Assembly: GCA_965200965.1 (NCBI GenBank)
Contig: OZ241744.1
Coordinates: 1,184,001 to 1,248,000 of the forward strand
Source: an uncultured Candidatus Binatia bacterium
GTDB lineage: Bacteria; Desulfobacterota; Binatia; Bin18
DNA: 64,000 nt
Direction: 5' to 3'
Part shown: positions 11,069 to 21,074 of the stretch, piece by piece
Numbering within the stretch: position 1 is the stretch's first letter
How the letters are laid out: each line of letters starts with the position of its first letter
Notes under the pieces: model-generated
What the model saw: only the letters and a program-made list of their open reading frames with translations
Told to the model about the DNA's origin: nothing
Database searches by the model: none
Made by a program: the position numbers and the translations under genes

Positions 11069-12820
11069 TCAGTCAAAGAGAGACGGCTGCCGGCTTTGCA
11101 TCGTGTCGCTTCGGTCTGCGGTCCGGTTCTCGGTCATGCCGGTCGTGCGGGCGGCGGCGCACACCTCTCCCCAGCCGATGAAATAGTCATCAAAGTAGTC
11201 GATCGGATAGCGGCTGAGGCGTTTGACCTCCGCCCGGGTGGGAAGCCGGCCCAAATGCCGGGCGATGTTCCTGACCTCTAATTGCAAGACTTTCTTGGAG
11301 ACTTTGTAGTCAATGCCTCCGATCCGTCGGACCCGGCTGTTCTTCGCCTGAAGGTTGCGGGTCGCCTTGGCAAAAGGGTCTTCCCCCTGTCGCAAGGTCT
11401 CGTGTCGGCTCAGGGCGAGTTGGTGATAGGTTTCCGATAACTCAATGCCGATGAACTTCCGTCTCAACTGCTCGGCGCACAGCGAGGTCGTGCCGGCCCC
11501 ATTAAACGGGTCCAGCACACTTTCTCCCTCACAGGTGAACAGGGCTATCAAGCGACGCATCAGCGCAGGTGGGAGCTGACAGGGGTGGTCAACCCGGCGG
11601 GCATTGTGCTTAAGCCGGTGGATATCCCACCACAGGTCGCTTATTGTCTCCCGATCGGCCAGACGGAGCCGGCGACGCTCCTTCACACAGGCGGCGCGCA
11701 GGCAATACCATTCCTTTAGAGAACTCAGATGGGTCTTCTGTTCAGTGTTTGTCATGCCAGGCAGAGGCCGGGGCGGTCCCTTTGAGCAGCACAGGATGGC
11801 GTAGTGGGCCGGCATGATCTTGCGCACAGGCAGGCCCAGCCCCTCCCAGACGATCCAGTTCTGAAAGGTGAGACGATGCTTGAGAGACAGAAAATGGCGA
11901 GCCGTCCACTGGGGGATATTCAGGACGGCACAGGTCCTCCCCGGCTTCAGGACCCGCGCCAATTCGTCCAGCCAGCGGTCGCACCAGGCAAAATACTCCC
12001 GCTTGTCCTGCGTATCGTCCCAGGCATCGTACTGCTTGGCGATATTGTAGGGAGGGTCGGCAAAGCAGAAATCAATGCTGTTCGACGCTATGGACGACAA
12101 GAGGGCTACGCTGTCTCCATTGATCAGCCTCGACGACTGGAGCGAGGGGCCGGCATTGTCGTCGCTGAGCAATGCAACGGGTGATCTTGTGGAGCGGAGG
12201 CTTCGGACCGCTGTGAGGTCAAGGACATGCAGGCTTGTGTAGGGGGCACGCCCAAAGACCTCGCTCAGCCGGTCTGTAATCTGGTCCGTCTCACCGTCGG
12301 GAGCCCAGTCAATATCCCGCCAGACATCCGACATGAGCGTCCCGTACTCGTGGTAGGTGTGCTTTTTCCCGCCATAGTCCTTTGTCGTCTTGTCGCAGGC
12401 CGGGCAGTAGGTATAGGCGATGCGCGTCTTGTTGTGCCGCAGGGATGTTGTGTACTTCGTCAGGATGAGCAAGGCTGCATGATGCCCCGGGAGCAGGCCC
12501 GGGTTGGCGACAGGCTCTCTGAGCTTGACGGCGACCCATAGCTGAAAATGCAGCACATCCGTCAACTGCATCACAGTGGTGGCGGCGTCCGCGGGTGTGG
12601 TGAGGAGACACAGCACGGAATCGTCGGACAGGAGGCCGGCAAAGCTGTGGAGACGGTCGAACCAAGCCCCGCCAGTTTCGCTGTCGGCCGGCGAGCGTCC
12701 GTACGGCAGGATGAACAGCCAGACAGCGGGGTGTATATCGGGGGCAGGGAGGTGGCCGCTGTCCTGCAAGGACAGCCTGACGACGCGCAGCGGCTTCGCC
12801 CCTTCGGACTGGTGTGCCAT
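11069..12820 (-). CDS. Site-specific DNA amino-methyltransferase (N4C/N6A, beta class) with an extra N-terminal MTase-like domain and a C-terminal helical repeat
   Basis: DPPY precedes HPCQLP..L and VLDPFNGAGTT (beta order). ATG 12820 lies 1 nt after the endonuclease stop. Confidence 0.9.
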   Translation of the reverse strand: MAHQSEGAKPLRVVRLSLQDSGHLPAPDIHPAVWLFILPYGRSPADSETGGAWFDRLHSFAGLLSDDSVLCLLTTPADAATTVMQLTDVLHFQLWVAVKLREPVANPGLLPGHHAALLILTKYTTSLRHNKTRIAYTYCPACDKTTKDYGGKKHTYHEYGTLMSDVWRDIDWAPDGETDQITDRLSEVFGRAPYTSLHVLDLTAVRSLRSTRSPVALLSDDNAGPSLQSSRLINGDSVALLSSIASNSIDFCFADPPYNIAKQYDAWDDTQDKREYFAWCDRWLDELARVLKPGRTCAVLNIPQWTARHFLSLKHRLTFQNWIVWEGLGLPVRKIMPAHYAILCCSKGPPRPLPGMTNTEQKTHLSSLKEWYCLRAACVKERRRLRLADRETISDLWWDIHRLKHNARRVDHPCQLPPALMRRLIALFTCEGESVLDPFNGAGTTSLCAEQLRRKFIGIELSETYHQLALSRHETLRQGEDPFAKATRNLQAKNSRVRRIGGIDYKVSKKVLQLEVRNIARHLGRLPTRAEVKRLSRYPIDYFDDYFIGWGEVCAAARTTGMTENRTADRSDTMQSRQPSLFD

Positions 12821-12821
12821 G

Positions 12822-13844
12822 TCAGCCCCCCGCTCCAAACTCTCGCAGATATTCGGCCAGAGCGTCAAGTTCGGTGTCACGGAATGTCACCACACAATCG
12901 CCGTAGCGACAAATTGTTTCTAGTGCTGAACGTCGCTGGAAATTTCCGGCTCCGTCAACAACATACGCAATGCCGTGGCCATGATTGTGAAGCGCGCTCT
13001 GTCGGGCTTGCGCCTGTCCTGCTTTCCGCTCAATTGTACTGTTTGTTGTCACCTGGAAGCTCACTTCTATGGCGCAGCACCGACCGGAAGGAGCCTCGGC
13101 CACAATATCGAACGCCATATCTGTGCGTCCCTCATTCTGGCTGATGCCAGAAATCCTTGTCCGGGAAAAATCCCACCCGTGAAGACGGAACTTGAGACGT
13201 TCGCGCACATGAGACTGAGCCAATTGACCCATAGTGTTGGCAGTGGCTCCGCCGGTAATCCTGCTCACATGAATATAGCGTTGCCGAACAAAGGCGTCTA
13301 ACTCGCTCTTATTCCCGATCATCGTACCAATGCAGCATTTCTGGAATACGTCGTCTGGTATGTCAAGATTTGTAACAGCGCCCCCGTGCAGAAGGATCAT
13401 AGCCACATCCTGCATTTCCAGTGTGAGTTGTTCAGCGTTTACGAGCCTCGTCCCATCAACTGCCAGATTACGATTTGTCCATTTCATACCCGTACCGAGC
13501 GACTGAAACCGATAAGAATGTCTGTTTCCGCGCCAGATAAAACTCAGGGATCGCTCGGGAAAGAATTTCTCGATTTCCCTACCTATACGCTGTAAGAGTT
13601 CGCCTCCAATGTCTGTGAGCACCATGAGATGCTTGAGAAAAAGATTCCCCGGCATCCCCGAGGTAGCGTCTAGCACCGATATCCACGAAGTAGGCGACGA
13701 ATCGGCCACATACAGGATGCCTATGAATTTCTCTTGGCTGTCAATGAGGCGTGGTATGACGCTGCTCTTCTGAGACCGCTCTATAATGCTGTCAGGCCAG
13801 AATTTGGCAACTCTTGCCTCAAGATCATCCAAAGAGCGCGACAT
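12822..13844 (-). CDS. Type II restriction endonuclease, BanI/HgiCI-like
   Basis: NLFLKHLMVLTDIGGE, RYIHVSRITGGATANTMGQ, FD..AIEVSFQVTTNSTIERKAGQA, DGAGNFQR match my recollection of R.BanI. Lower GC than the flanks. Confidence 0.85.
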   Translation of the reverse strand: MSRSLDDLEARVAKFWPDSIIERSQKSSVIPRLIDSQEKFIGILYVADSSPTSWISVLDATSGMPGNLFLKHLMVLTDIGGELLQRIGREIEKFFPERSLSFIWRGNRHSYRFQSLGTGMKWTNRNLAVDGTRLVNAEQLTLEMQDVAMILLHGGAVTNLDIPDDVFQKCCIGTMIGNKSELDAFVRQRYIHVSRITGGATANTMGQLAQSHVRERLKFRLHGWDFSRTRISGISQNEGRTDMAFDIVAEAPSGRCCAIEVSFQVTTNSTIERKAGQAQARQSALHNHGHGIAYVVDGAGNFQRRSALETICRYGDCVVTFRDTELDALAEYLREFGAGG

Positions 13845-13895
13845 GGATATTCAGCCTGGCAAAACCCCATACCCCTGTGGAGGGTGAGTATGCGC

Positions 13896-14678
13896 CTATC
13901 TGCAATCAATAAACACCAACTCTTTGGCGACCCACATGGCCGAGCGCGGAAAGTCGATGAAGTGGGACTCGTCCTCAACCGCGACCTGCATGGCCCGTTG
14001 ACCCTCTGGCGTGGTCCCGACCGCGGCCAGGTCAAGCCGGTCGAACCAGGCCTCGGCATGGCCGGTGTAGGGGGCAACCGTCGTCCCTCGGCTGACCCGG
14101 AGTTGCGCTTCAAGCTCATCCTCGAAGCGGTGGACTTGCAGGTAGCGTTTCATCCGCATACCCGACGCCACGCTCCGAATCAGCGGGCCGTGGTGGGTGC
14201 GCCAGTAGAGCTGGGCTTCGTCAAGACTGAGGGGATCCGGGTGGCGCAGACAGAAGAACAGCTTGAGCAAACCGCTGTTTTCCCGCGCCACCAACTCTTC
14301 TGGAAGCGGGTTGACCTGGGGATATTCATAGGCCAGCCACAGCGGGGATTGAGCGAGATCAATGAACCGCGCCTCGTCCTTGACCAACTCCCGGGCCGCG
14401 GCGCGGCCCGCCTCGGTCCCGGAGGCCTTGACCAGGGTCTCGCGCTTGGTCCACCACACTTCCGCCACGCCGTCATAGACCGGCTCCATACCGCCCCGCG
14501 CATCTGCCAGCTGGTCGTTTATCGGATCATCGAGCGTGTGGACCTGGACATAGCGGTGTATGGCCAAGTCGGTGGCGTGCTTAGCCACTAAGGGGCCGTG
14601 TACCTCGCGCCAGTAGCGCTGAAAGTCGGCGCGCGACATGCCCGGTTGGCGGCGGAGGACAAACGTTAAACGAATCAT
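13896..14678 (-). CDS. Tandem EthD-domain protein
   Basis: Two repeats of YWR..HGPL...RY.QVH...G.AE.W...DE..FID. Confidence 0.88.
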   Translation of the reverse strand: MIRLTFVLRRQPGMSRADFQRYWREVHGPLVAKHATDLAIHRYVQVHTLDDPINDQLADARGGMEPVYDGVAEVWWTKRETLVKASGTEAGRAAARELVKDEARFIDLAQSPLWLAYEYPQVNPLPEELVARENSGLLKLFFCLRHPDPLSLDEAQLYWRTHHGPLIRSVASGMRMKRYLQVHRFEDELEAQLRVSRGTTVAPYTGHAEAWFDRLDLAAVGTTPEGQRAMQVAVEDESHFIDFPRSAMWVAKELVFIDCR

Positions 14679-14713
14679 GCCAAGTCTCCTTGTCTCTCGC
14701 TTCTGCTGCCGAG

Positions 14714-15214
14714 TTACTTGGGCGGAAACGGTGTCGAAAAACCGTCTGTGAGTTGGCGCTGCGGCCACAGAAATTGCAGGCTGATACGCTCGATGAACCA
14801 GCCGTCATTGACCTTCCGGCAGGCGTCGTCATACACCCCGAACCACTCGACCGGGTTGGCCGCGGGGTCGGTATGGGTCAGCACGTCAATGAGGTAGGAG
14901 CGGCCCACCGCGCTTGTCGGGCCGGTCAACTCAACCCGGTGGTTGCCTGTGTTGTGCAGCGAGCCGAAGCGCTCTTGTATCTGCTGGCTGAACATCCGTT
15001 GGTAGTTGTGTCTGATCGTTTCTTTGCCGTGCCATTGTCCATACGGCCCAAACTCACACCGGGCATCCTCGGTGAACAGCGCCGCTACGGCGTCGATATT
15101 CCCGCCGTCCAGAAGGTGGGCATAGCGGTTCCTGAGCTTGCGGATGGCTTCGATTTCCAGCAGTTCGCGCAGCTTCTGAATCTCTGCGTGGGTAAATGGC
15201 ATTGCTTCAGGCAT
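14714..15214 (-). CDS. SnoaL-like/NTF2 protein (LinA/BaiE-like)
   Basis: EAIRKLRNRYAHLLD, LFTEDA, H..GN, YDD...GWFI. Confidence 0.85.
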   Translation of the reverse strand: MPEAMPFTHAEIQKLRELLEIEAIRKLRNRYAHLLDGGNIDAVAALFTEDARCEFGPYGQWHGKETIRHNYQRMFSQQIQERFGSLHNTGNHRVELTGPTSAVGRSYLIDVLTHTDPAANPVEWFGVYDDACRKVNDGWFIERISLQFLWPQRQLTDGFSTPFPPK

Positions 15215-15249
15215 TGCATCCCCCTTGGGTTGGTGTAGAGGTCAGCATC

Positions 15250-16101
15250 CTAGACGAACCGGCGCGGCTTGCGGGGCTGACGGCCGAGGGCAAATTCCGG
15301 CGGCCGCAGACCAATCTCCCGGTTGGCCGCAACCGGCGGCGTGAAGTACCCCAGGGCATAATTCATCATTGTATAGCCGAGCAGCTCTTGGAGTTCCGGG
15401 GAGAAATCTTTAGCCAACTCCGGCGGACAGGACAGGTACTGGTTTTCTTCTTGTCGAAGCCAGCCCAGAGAATAGGTGATGTTCAGCCCTACCCGGTCGG
15501 CTGGGCTGGTATTTGCGCCGCCACCGTGAATGACCGTCCCCGAATACACCAGGACTGAGCCGGGTGACATTTCGGCATAGGTGATGTCGTCCGGGGTGGC
15601 TTCGCGCTCTGCGGGCCAGCCGACGCTGCCCGGCGCAAGCTGGGTCGCCCCGTTCTGGCGGGTGAACTCGGTCAGCGCCCACAGGGTATTGAGCTGTGGC
15701 TCGAGGCCCTGCAAATACTCGCCCCACACCAGCCGGTCGCGGTGTAACAACTGTTTGGGCTGGCCCGGCATGAGGCGGATGACCTGGGCCAGATGGAGCT
15801 GATAGCGCTTGCAGTTGGGCAGCAAAAATTCATCGCACACGCCCAGAATTGTGTCGCGGGTGGCGAGTTCACGACACGCCGCAGAGCGGGCGATCAGCGC
15901 CCCGGTCCGCGTGGTCTGGTAGCCGGAGAATTCGTCCCGACCAACCGGAGTGCCCGCAATAAAGGGCATCAACTCATCGAGCGTGGCTTGGGCCTGCTGC
16001 CGACCGAGCGCGTTTTCAAGGATCACCGCGCCGTCACGGACTATCGCCGCGGTAATATCCTGTGGGGAAGCGGCCGCGGGGAAACGAGTCAGGGCTTGCA
16101 T
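15250..16101 (-). CDS. Phytanoyl-CoA dioxygenase (PhyH) family Fe(II)/2OG dioxygenase
   Basis: QLLHRD (HxD), NGAT...GS, HGGGAN, GWLRQEENQ; start at MQALTR after AGGAGG. Confidence 0.9.
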   Translation of the reverse strand: MQALTRFPAAASPQDITAAIVRDGAVILENALGRQQAQATLDELMPFIAGTPVGRDEFSGYQTTRTGALIARSAACRELATRDTILGVCDEFLLPNCKRYQLHLAQVIRLMPGQPKQLLHRDRLVWGEYLQGLEPQLNTLWALTEFTRQNGATQLAPGSVGWPAEREATPDDITYAEMSPGSVLVYSGTVIHGGGANTSPADRVGLNITYSLGWLRQEENQYLSCPPELAKDFSPELQELLGYTMMNYALGYFTPPVAANREIGLRPPEFALGRQPRKPRRFV

Positions 16102-16190
16102 GGAAATTTCCTCCTGTCCTGTGAGCCTTCCATCAGGCTCTTTTTTCGTAGGGGAATTACAGCCCAAACTTGACGCTTGTTCGTCCACGC

Positions 16191-16336
16191 TCATGGCTTG
16201 GCCTCCTGCAATCGTCTGCGCTCCTTGACCTTCTGATCATGCCCCCAAAACAGCGCCTTAGCGAGCGCTTTCGGGTCGTCCGGCATGGGGCGGGAGGGGT
16301 CTTGCGCTTGGGTTGTTTCGTGGTCTTCTCAGCCAT
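16191..16336 (-). pseudogene. Small basic ORF, probably frameshifted
   Basis: AAGGAG RBS. MAEKTTKQPKRKTPP continues more plausibly in a shifted frame as MPDDPKALAKALFWGHDQKVKERRRLQEAKP*. Confidence 0.35.
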
Positions 16337-16564
16337 TTCCGTTCCCCTCTCCTTTAGTATACGCCTCGTGACGAGCATTTTTCTAGCAGGGTATAATTGA
16401 TCACGATTAAAGCTCCCTCTCATCGCCTCCGTGTTCGGTTGACACGCCCTGCCTCTTATCGTACGGTTGTCCCTGCGAACTTTCGGGAACCCCGACCTGT
16501 GTCGGGCTACCCGCTGAGTGGTAGGCTGAGAACAGAACCAATTCAAAAGGAAGGAGAACTGAGG

Positions 16565-17233
16565 ATGAGTTCACGAGATCAAAACTCACTAGCAAGACTG
16601 TACGAAAAAACCCCAGTAATACAAGCGTTGCTCCAACTCATCCCGCACTTAGGAGGCCCTATACATACGCTTATACATAGCACACTCCAAAGAATGGAGG
16701 AAGGCCGGATTCGTGCGCTCCTTGACGCACTTTCTCACGGCAAATTGGAACTCAGCGAAGAACTCATAGAGTCGGAAGATTTCTTGCACTGCTTTTGCGC
16801 GACCTACAAAGCAGTTCTCAATACGCGTCGTCGTGAAAAGATCGAGCTTTTCGCTAGACTACTGAAATCCGCTTTCACCGAAACACGTCCGAGAGATATT
16901 GACGAGTTCGAGGAGTTTATATCTATTTTGGATGACCTGACATATGAAGAGTGGTGCGCTCTCACTATTCTCGACTCATTTTCGAGCAGATCACGCAAAG
17001 CAGATGACAACGATCTTACATGGTCGCGGACGTTCTGGGATGAATTCAGCCGTACTGTAGAGCGACAATTGAAAATCCCATCGGACGAATTTACTCCGTT
17101 CATGAATCGCCTTGGGCGCACGGGTCTTTACGACCAACTTGTAGGCGCATATCTGGACTATGCCGGTGGGGTGGGAAAGCTGACGCCTCGATTTCACCGC
17201 CTTAAGAGTTTCATCAACTCACAGACTCAATAA
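16565..17233 (+). CDS. Low-GC hypothetical protein (possibly Abi-alpha/DUF4393-like)
   Basis: 222-aa helical ORF with AAGGAG upstream and AT-richer codon usage. C-terminal RL.RTGL...LTPRF pattern suggests a winged helix. Confidence 0.7.
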   Translation: MSSRDQNSLARLYEKTPVIQALLQLIPHLGGPIHTLIHSTLQRMEEGRIRALLDALSHGKLELSEELIESEDFLHCFCATYKAVLNTRRREKIELFARLLKSAFTETRPRDIDEFEEFISILDDLTYEEWCALTILDSFSSRSRKADDNDLTWSRTFWDEFSRTVERQLKIPSDEFTPFMNRLGRTGLYDQLVGAYLDYAGGVGKLTPRFHRLKSFINSQTQ

Positions 17234-17452
17234 GCCCGCACGCGGCTGCTGTTCATCTGAACCAAGTACGCGGTGCAAGACGAGCGGTACTGTGCATCAC
17301 CGCCCGTTGGTTCGGGTTGGCGTGAAGGGCGTGGTACGCGACCATGGGTTCCTGTCCCCAAGCAGATTTGAGTTTGTCGCGATTGTGGTCTACAAGGAGA
17401 GCAAAGCTCGCTAGGTGTAGACATACAGCCCACACGCAGAGGAGGCACTAGG

Positions 17453-18484
17453 ATGCGACTCGGACTCGTCAGCAGCTACTCAGGCCCAAAGATGCACGAA
17501 ACCATGAAGGTGATCCTCGAGGCCGAACGGCTGGGATTTGACTCGGTTTGGACCGGCGAAGCGTGGGGGTCTGACGTGGTCTCATTTCTTGCTTTTGTCG
17601 GGGCGCGCACATCCACCATTCGGCTTGGCGCGGGAATTTTTCAGATGCAGGCTCGCACGCCGGCCATGACTGCTATGACCGCCATGACGCTTGACGGGCT
17701 GACCAACGGCCGCTTTTTGATCGGGCTAGGCCCGTCGAATCCACAGGTTATTGAGGGCTGGCACGGCGTGGCCTACGGCAAGCCGCTGCGGCGCTACCGT
17801 GAGTACATCGCCATCATCCGCCAGATTCTGGCCCGAGAGCAGAAGCTGCGCTACGACGGCCAGGAATACCAGATTCCGTATGTTGGCACGGACGCCAGCG
17901 GTTTGGGCAAGCCGCTCAAGAGCATCCTCCACGGCCGTCCCGATATGAAGCTCTATACCGCCTCGATCGGTCCCAAGGGGATCGCCCTGGCGGCCGAGAT
18001 TGCCGACGGGCTGCTTCCGGTGTGGATGAGTCCGGACTGGTGCGCGGACTATTACACGCCCCACCTTGAAGCCGGCTTTGCCAAGGCTGGGAGCGCCAGG
18101 AACAGGCAGGATTTTGATCTGGCCCCCTATGTGAGCTGTGTGCTGGGCGACGATCTTGACGGGTGTCGGGCCCCGGTCAAGGCCAGCTTGGCACTCTACA
18201 TTGGGGGCATGGGCGCGCGGAGCAAGAATTTCTACAACAGCTATGTCCGCAACTTCGGCTATGAGGGACTGGCCACCCAACTCCAAGACCTGTATCTGTC
18301 CGGTCGCAAAGCCGAGGCCCAGGCGGTCGTGCCCGACGAGCTGGTTGACGCCGTGGCCCTGGTCGGCTCCAAGGAACGCATTGCCGAACAGCTGACGCGC
18401 TGGAAAGCCTCGCCCGTCACCACCATGCTCATTGGCACCAGCCAAGTCGAAGCGCTCCGGGTATTGGCAGAACTGTGTCTGTAG
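17453..18484 (+). CDS. LLM-class F420-dependent oxidoreductase (Rv3520c-like)
   Basis: [52 protein letters not shown]. Confidence 0.92.
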   Translation: MRLGLVSSYSGPKMHETMKVILEAERLGFDSVWTGEAWGSDVVSFLAFVGARTSTIRLGAGIFQMQARTPAMTAMTAMTLDGLTNGRFLIGLGPSNPQVIEGWHGVAYGKPLRRYREYIAIIRQILAREQKLRYDGQEYQIPYVGTDASGLGKPLKSILHGRPDMKLYTASIGPKGIALAAEIADGLLPVWMSPDWCADYYTPHLEAGFAKAGSARNRQDFDLAPYVSCVLGDDLDGCRAPVKASLALYIGGMGARSKNFYNSYVRNFGYEGLATQLQDLYLSGRKAEAQAVVPDELVDAVALVGSKERIAEQLTRWKASPVTTMLIGTSQVEALRVLAELCL

Positions 18485-18587
18485 GGTTCGGCAGAGACAT
18501 CAACCGGGCCGAGGCACTACATATCTCTTGGGCCGAACGGCGCTTGCCGCCGTACCAGGGGAAGGGAGCCTTGAGGGTGTGTGCCAT
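18482..18587 (-). pseudogene. N-terminal remnant of a Dam/D12-class DNA adenine methyltransferase
   Basis: Manual translation MAHTLKAPFPWYGGKRRSAQEI, then in a shifted frame [10 protein letters not shown]. This is the PF.W.GGK...EPF start of the family; truncated at the LLM gene end. Confidence 0.65.
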
Positions 18588-18642
18588 GCGGGGAGGCTAG
18601 CGAGGAGGAGCGGTGTGCTAGGGTGTTGACCGTGAACAGCAA

Positions 18643-18658
18643 TGCAACAAGCGGGCCA
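18643..18658 (-). promoter_or_regulatory. Putative sigma-54 -24/-12 promoter
   Basis: TGGCCCGCTTGTTGCA with exact GG-N10-GC spacing; AT-rich tract upstream (18675-18725). Confidence 0.45.
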
Positions 18659-18744
18659 GGGTCTCCATTGTCAAGTGGATTTTTCGTCACTTCTTCTTTA
18701 ATTTAAATGGAATTTCCAAGTTTTCTGACTAAAGACAGGAACGA

Positions 18745-20391
18745 CTACCTGCATGGGCGTCCCGAAGACGAAGCAGTACCCCTTTCGGCAAGCAGCCTCT
18801 CCGCCAAAAGGCTTGCGATTCGATCAGCGTTCGCCATGATGGTAAGAGTAGGCGGTTTGGCTGGAATGCTGGTGAGCGCTGCTCCATCGACAATATAGAC
18901 GCCTGACAACCCGGCAATCTCCCCTTTTGGGTCCGCTTCATACGGCCTCGGTGACGCGCGCATAGGCACTGTTCCTGCATAGTGTACATCCGTGCCCGAC
19001 GGCATAAGTCGGAAACTGCCTGGAAGCAAGAACGCTCTATAACGCCGCATCACGGCCCTAATCCGTTTCCTGATTCGGGCTGTGCTTTCCGCCACCGCCT
19101 GATCATATCCGCCTTGTAACCGCAGCGCACCGTCCTTTGTCCGAACCCGCAATGTGTGCCGGCTGTAACGACTGCTCAGCCAACAGACTCCCAGTAACAT
19201 CGACGGCTGCATCAAGCGGATCAGCTTTCTTGACTGTGGATAGGAAAATGGCATCTGTGAAATAAAAGTCGATGCTGGAAGAGCGTCAGCAGGGGTAATA
19301 TGACCCGAGGCGTAGCCGCCTTCCAAGCCAGCGTCATCCACCCTGAACGCTAGTTGACTCATTGCGTAGATTCTGTTGTCGGCGAGTTGCGCCCATCGCC
19401 AGCGCGGCAAAAGGAACACGCAAACTGCGATAGGATGGCACTGCAAAGGGACGCTGCCATGCCATCCCAAGGCGTCAAGTACCAGTTTCGCGCTGCCAAT
19501 GGCACCACACGCCAAGATCACCTTCTTGGCGGAAAACCTGACTGTCTGATTGGTGTCAAGCGAATCCGCCACCAAGTCCTGCCCGGCCTCCCGCCGGACG
19601 AGCCGTCTGACAAAAAATCCCCCGCGGTAGGAAAAAGAGGGATAGGTCTTCAACAACTCGACATCGTAGGCCGCAGACCAAATTGACTGTTGAGCACAAC
19701 CCCAGAGGCAGCGGCCACAATACACGCAGCCTAGTCGATCGGCCTGCGCTGTGGTCAATACCGCGTTTCTCGTCCGGCCGATCTTGACGCCCTTGGTCAG
19801 TACATCCGAGCGATTCGCAGCATAGCGTCGATATAAGACCTTCAGGCTATCACTGAGGTCAAGGGGCGGCATGAGAAAGGGGTCGTGTCCGTGCGTTTCG
19901 GACATGTCATCTCCGTTTGTGCCGCTTACGCCAATCCGCTTGGAGATCTTCCGGTACGACGGCTGCAAATCATGGATGGAGATCGGATAGTCCTCGAGGT
20001 CCTGCCCATTGAACATGCTGACCGCTGCGCTCCAGACGTTGGAAAGGCCGCCCCTGGCCAGAGAGCCGACGACGGCGAAATTGTCCGTTTCGATGGCATA
20101 GCGTTCACGGTAGTCCCGGAACACAGTGCTGTAAGCCGGTGAACGAAATTTGGGGGACAGCAGACGGATTTGGCTGCTGAACCATTCAAACTTCTCGCCA
20201 ACAATAGTTTTCCATTGGTCAGGGCTTTGGCGGAGTTCCTGCAAACTGCCCGAAAATTGCTGGCCCGCTGGTTCGTGGGGAGTCCCAGCGTCAAGCATCA
20301 ACACGCGAATGCCTGCCTGAACCAGGGGAAAGGCCGCGGAAACGCCTGCTGGTCCGCTGCCGACGATGATGACTTCCGGCTCAGGTGGCAT
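18745..20391 (-). CDS. GMC-family FAD-dependent oxidoreductase
   Basis: GSGPAG, GGLSNVW, CVYCGRCLWGC, HYAGT, YIVDGA...PTLTIMANA; lower GC. Confidence 0.88.
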   Translation of the reverse strand: MPPEPEVIIVGSGPAGVSAAFPLVQAGIRVLMLDAGTPHEPAGQQFSGSLQELRQSPDQWKTIVGEKFEWFSSQIRLLSPKFRSPAYSTVFRDYRERYAIETDNFAVVGSLARGGLSNVWSAAVSMFNGQDLEDYPISIHDLQPSYRKISKRIGVSGTNGDDMSETHGHDPFLMPPLDLSDSLKVLYRRYAANRSDVLTKGVKIGRTRNAVLTTAQADRLGCVYCGRCLWGCAQQSIWSAAYDVELLKTYPSFSYRGGFFVRRLVRREAGQDLVADSLDTNQTVRFSAKKVILACGAIGSAKLVLDALGWHGSVPLQCHPIAVCVFLLPRWRWAQLADNRIYAMSQLAFRVDDAGLEGGYASGHITPADALPASTFISQMPFSYPQSRKLIRLMQPSMLLGVCWLSSRYSRHTLRVRTKDGALRLQGGYDQAVAESTARIRKRIRAVMRRYRAFLLPGSFRLMPSGTDVHYAGTVPMRASPRPYEADPKGEIAGLSGVYIVDGAALTSIPAKPPTLTIMANADRIASLLAERLLAERGTASSSGRPCR

Positions 20392-21030
20392 CAGGAAATC
20401 CTTGGGGGCCGGCGGCGGCGCAAGATCGAGGACCCAAGGGCCACCGCTGCAATCATCATCTCCACAGCCAGAGGAATGGCCAGTCTCAACACCGCGACAG
20501 GCAGAAGCATACCCTTTCGCAAATGGAACGCTTCGGCAGTAACAGGATGGGTTTCGGCGAGAAGGACGGCGGCTTCCATTCGCCAGGCGAGTTCCCGCTT
20601 ACGGCTCTCTGTTAGCCGCAGGATGGGAAACCGAGGGTCCATCAGCCGTAGCGTCGCAGGAAGCCTGAGGAAAAGGGGCGGCAGGTCAAGGCAACAGCCT
20701 CCTTTCAATTTTTCAACCAGTCTGACATAACGGCTCACGGTTGAATACTGTGCCGCTCGCCTGCTCACATAGCAGATCAGCGCCCTTCCCTCCTCCAGCA
20801 AGCCTCGGCGGACCTTGCCGGTTGCCGTCAAGCCGTCTGCAAACGACTGTGGCACCGACCCAAGGGTTTTGCTCTCCGACTCCGCATCCATAAGCACCGT
20901 GCTCTGCAAGCCCTTCAGTCGCTCGGAATAGCTTTGGGGTATGAATGACCTCCAGGTCTTCCGGCAAAGGCTTCCTGGACCTGGTGCTTGAGGCGGCGTG
21001 AGTAAGGGCGTCAACCTCAAGGAACGCCTG
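20391..21030 (-). pseudogene. Probable 5'-truncated gene coupled (TGATG) to the GMC oxidoreductase
   Basis: Open frame whose stop overlaps the GMC start. No convincing RBS or start before the esterase gene end; earliest internal ATG is 20891. Confidence 0.4.
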
Positions 21031-21074
21031 TGGATCGGGCTCCCCAGCCAGACAGGCCGCCCCATCTGAGATGG

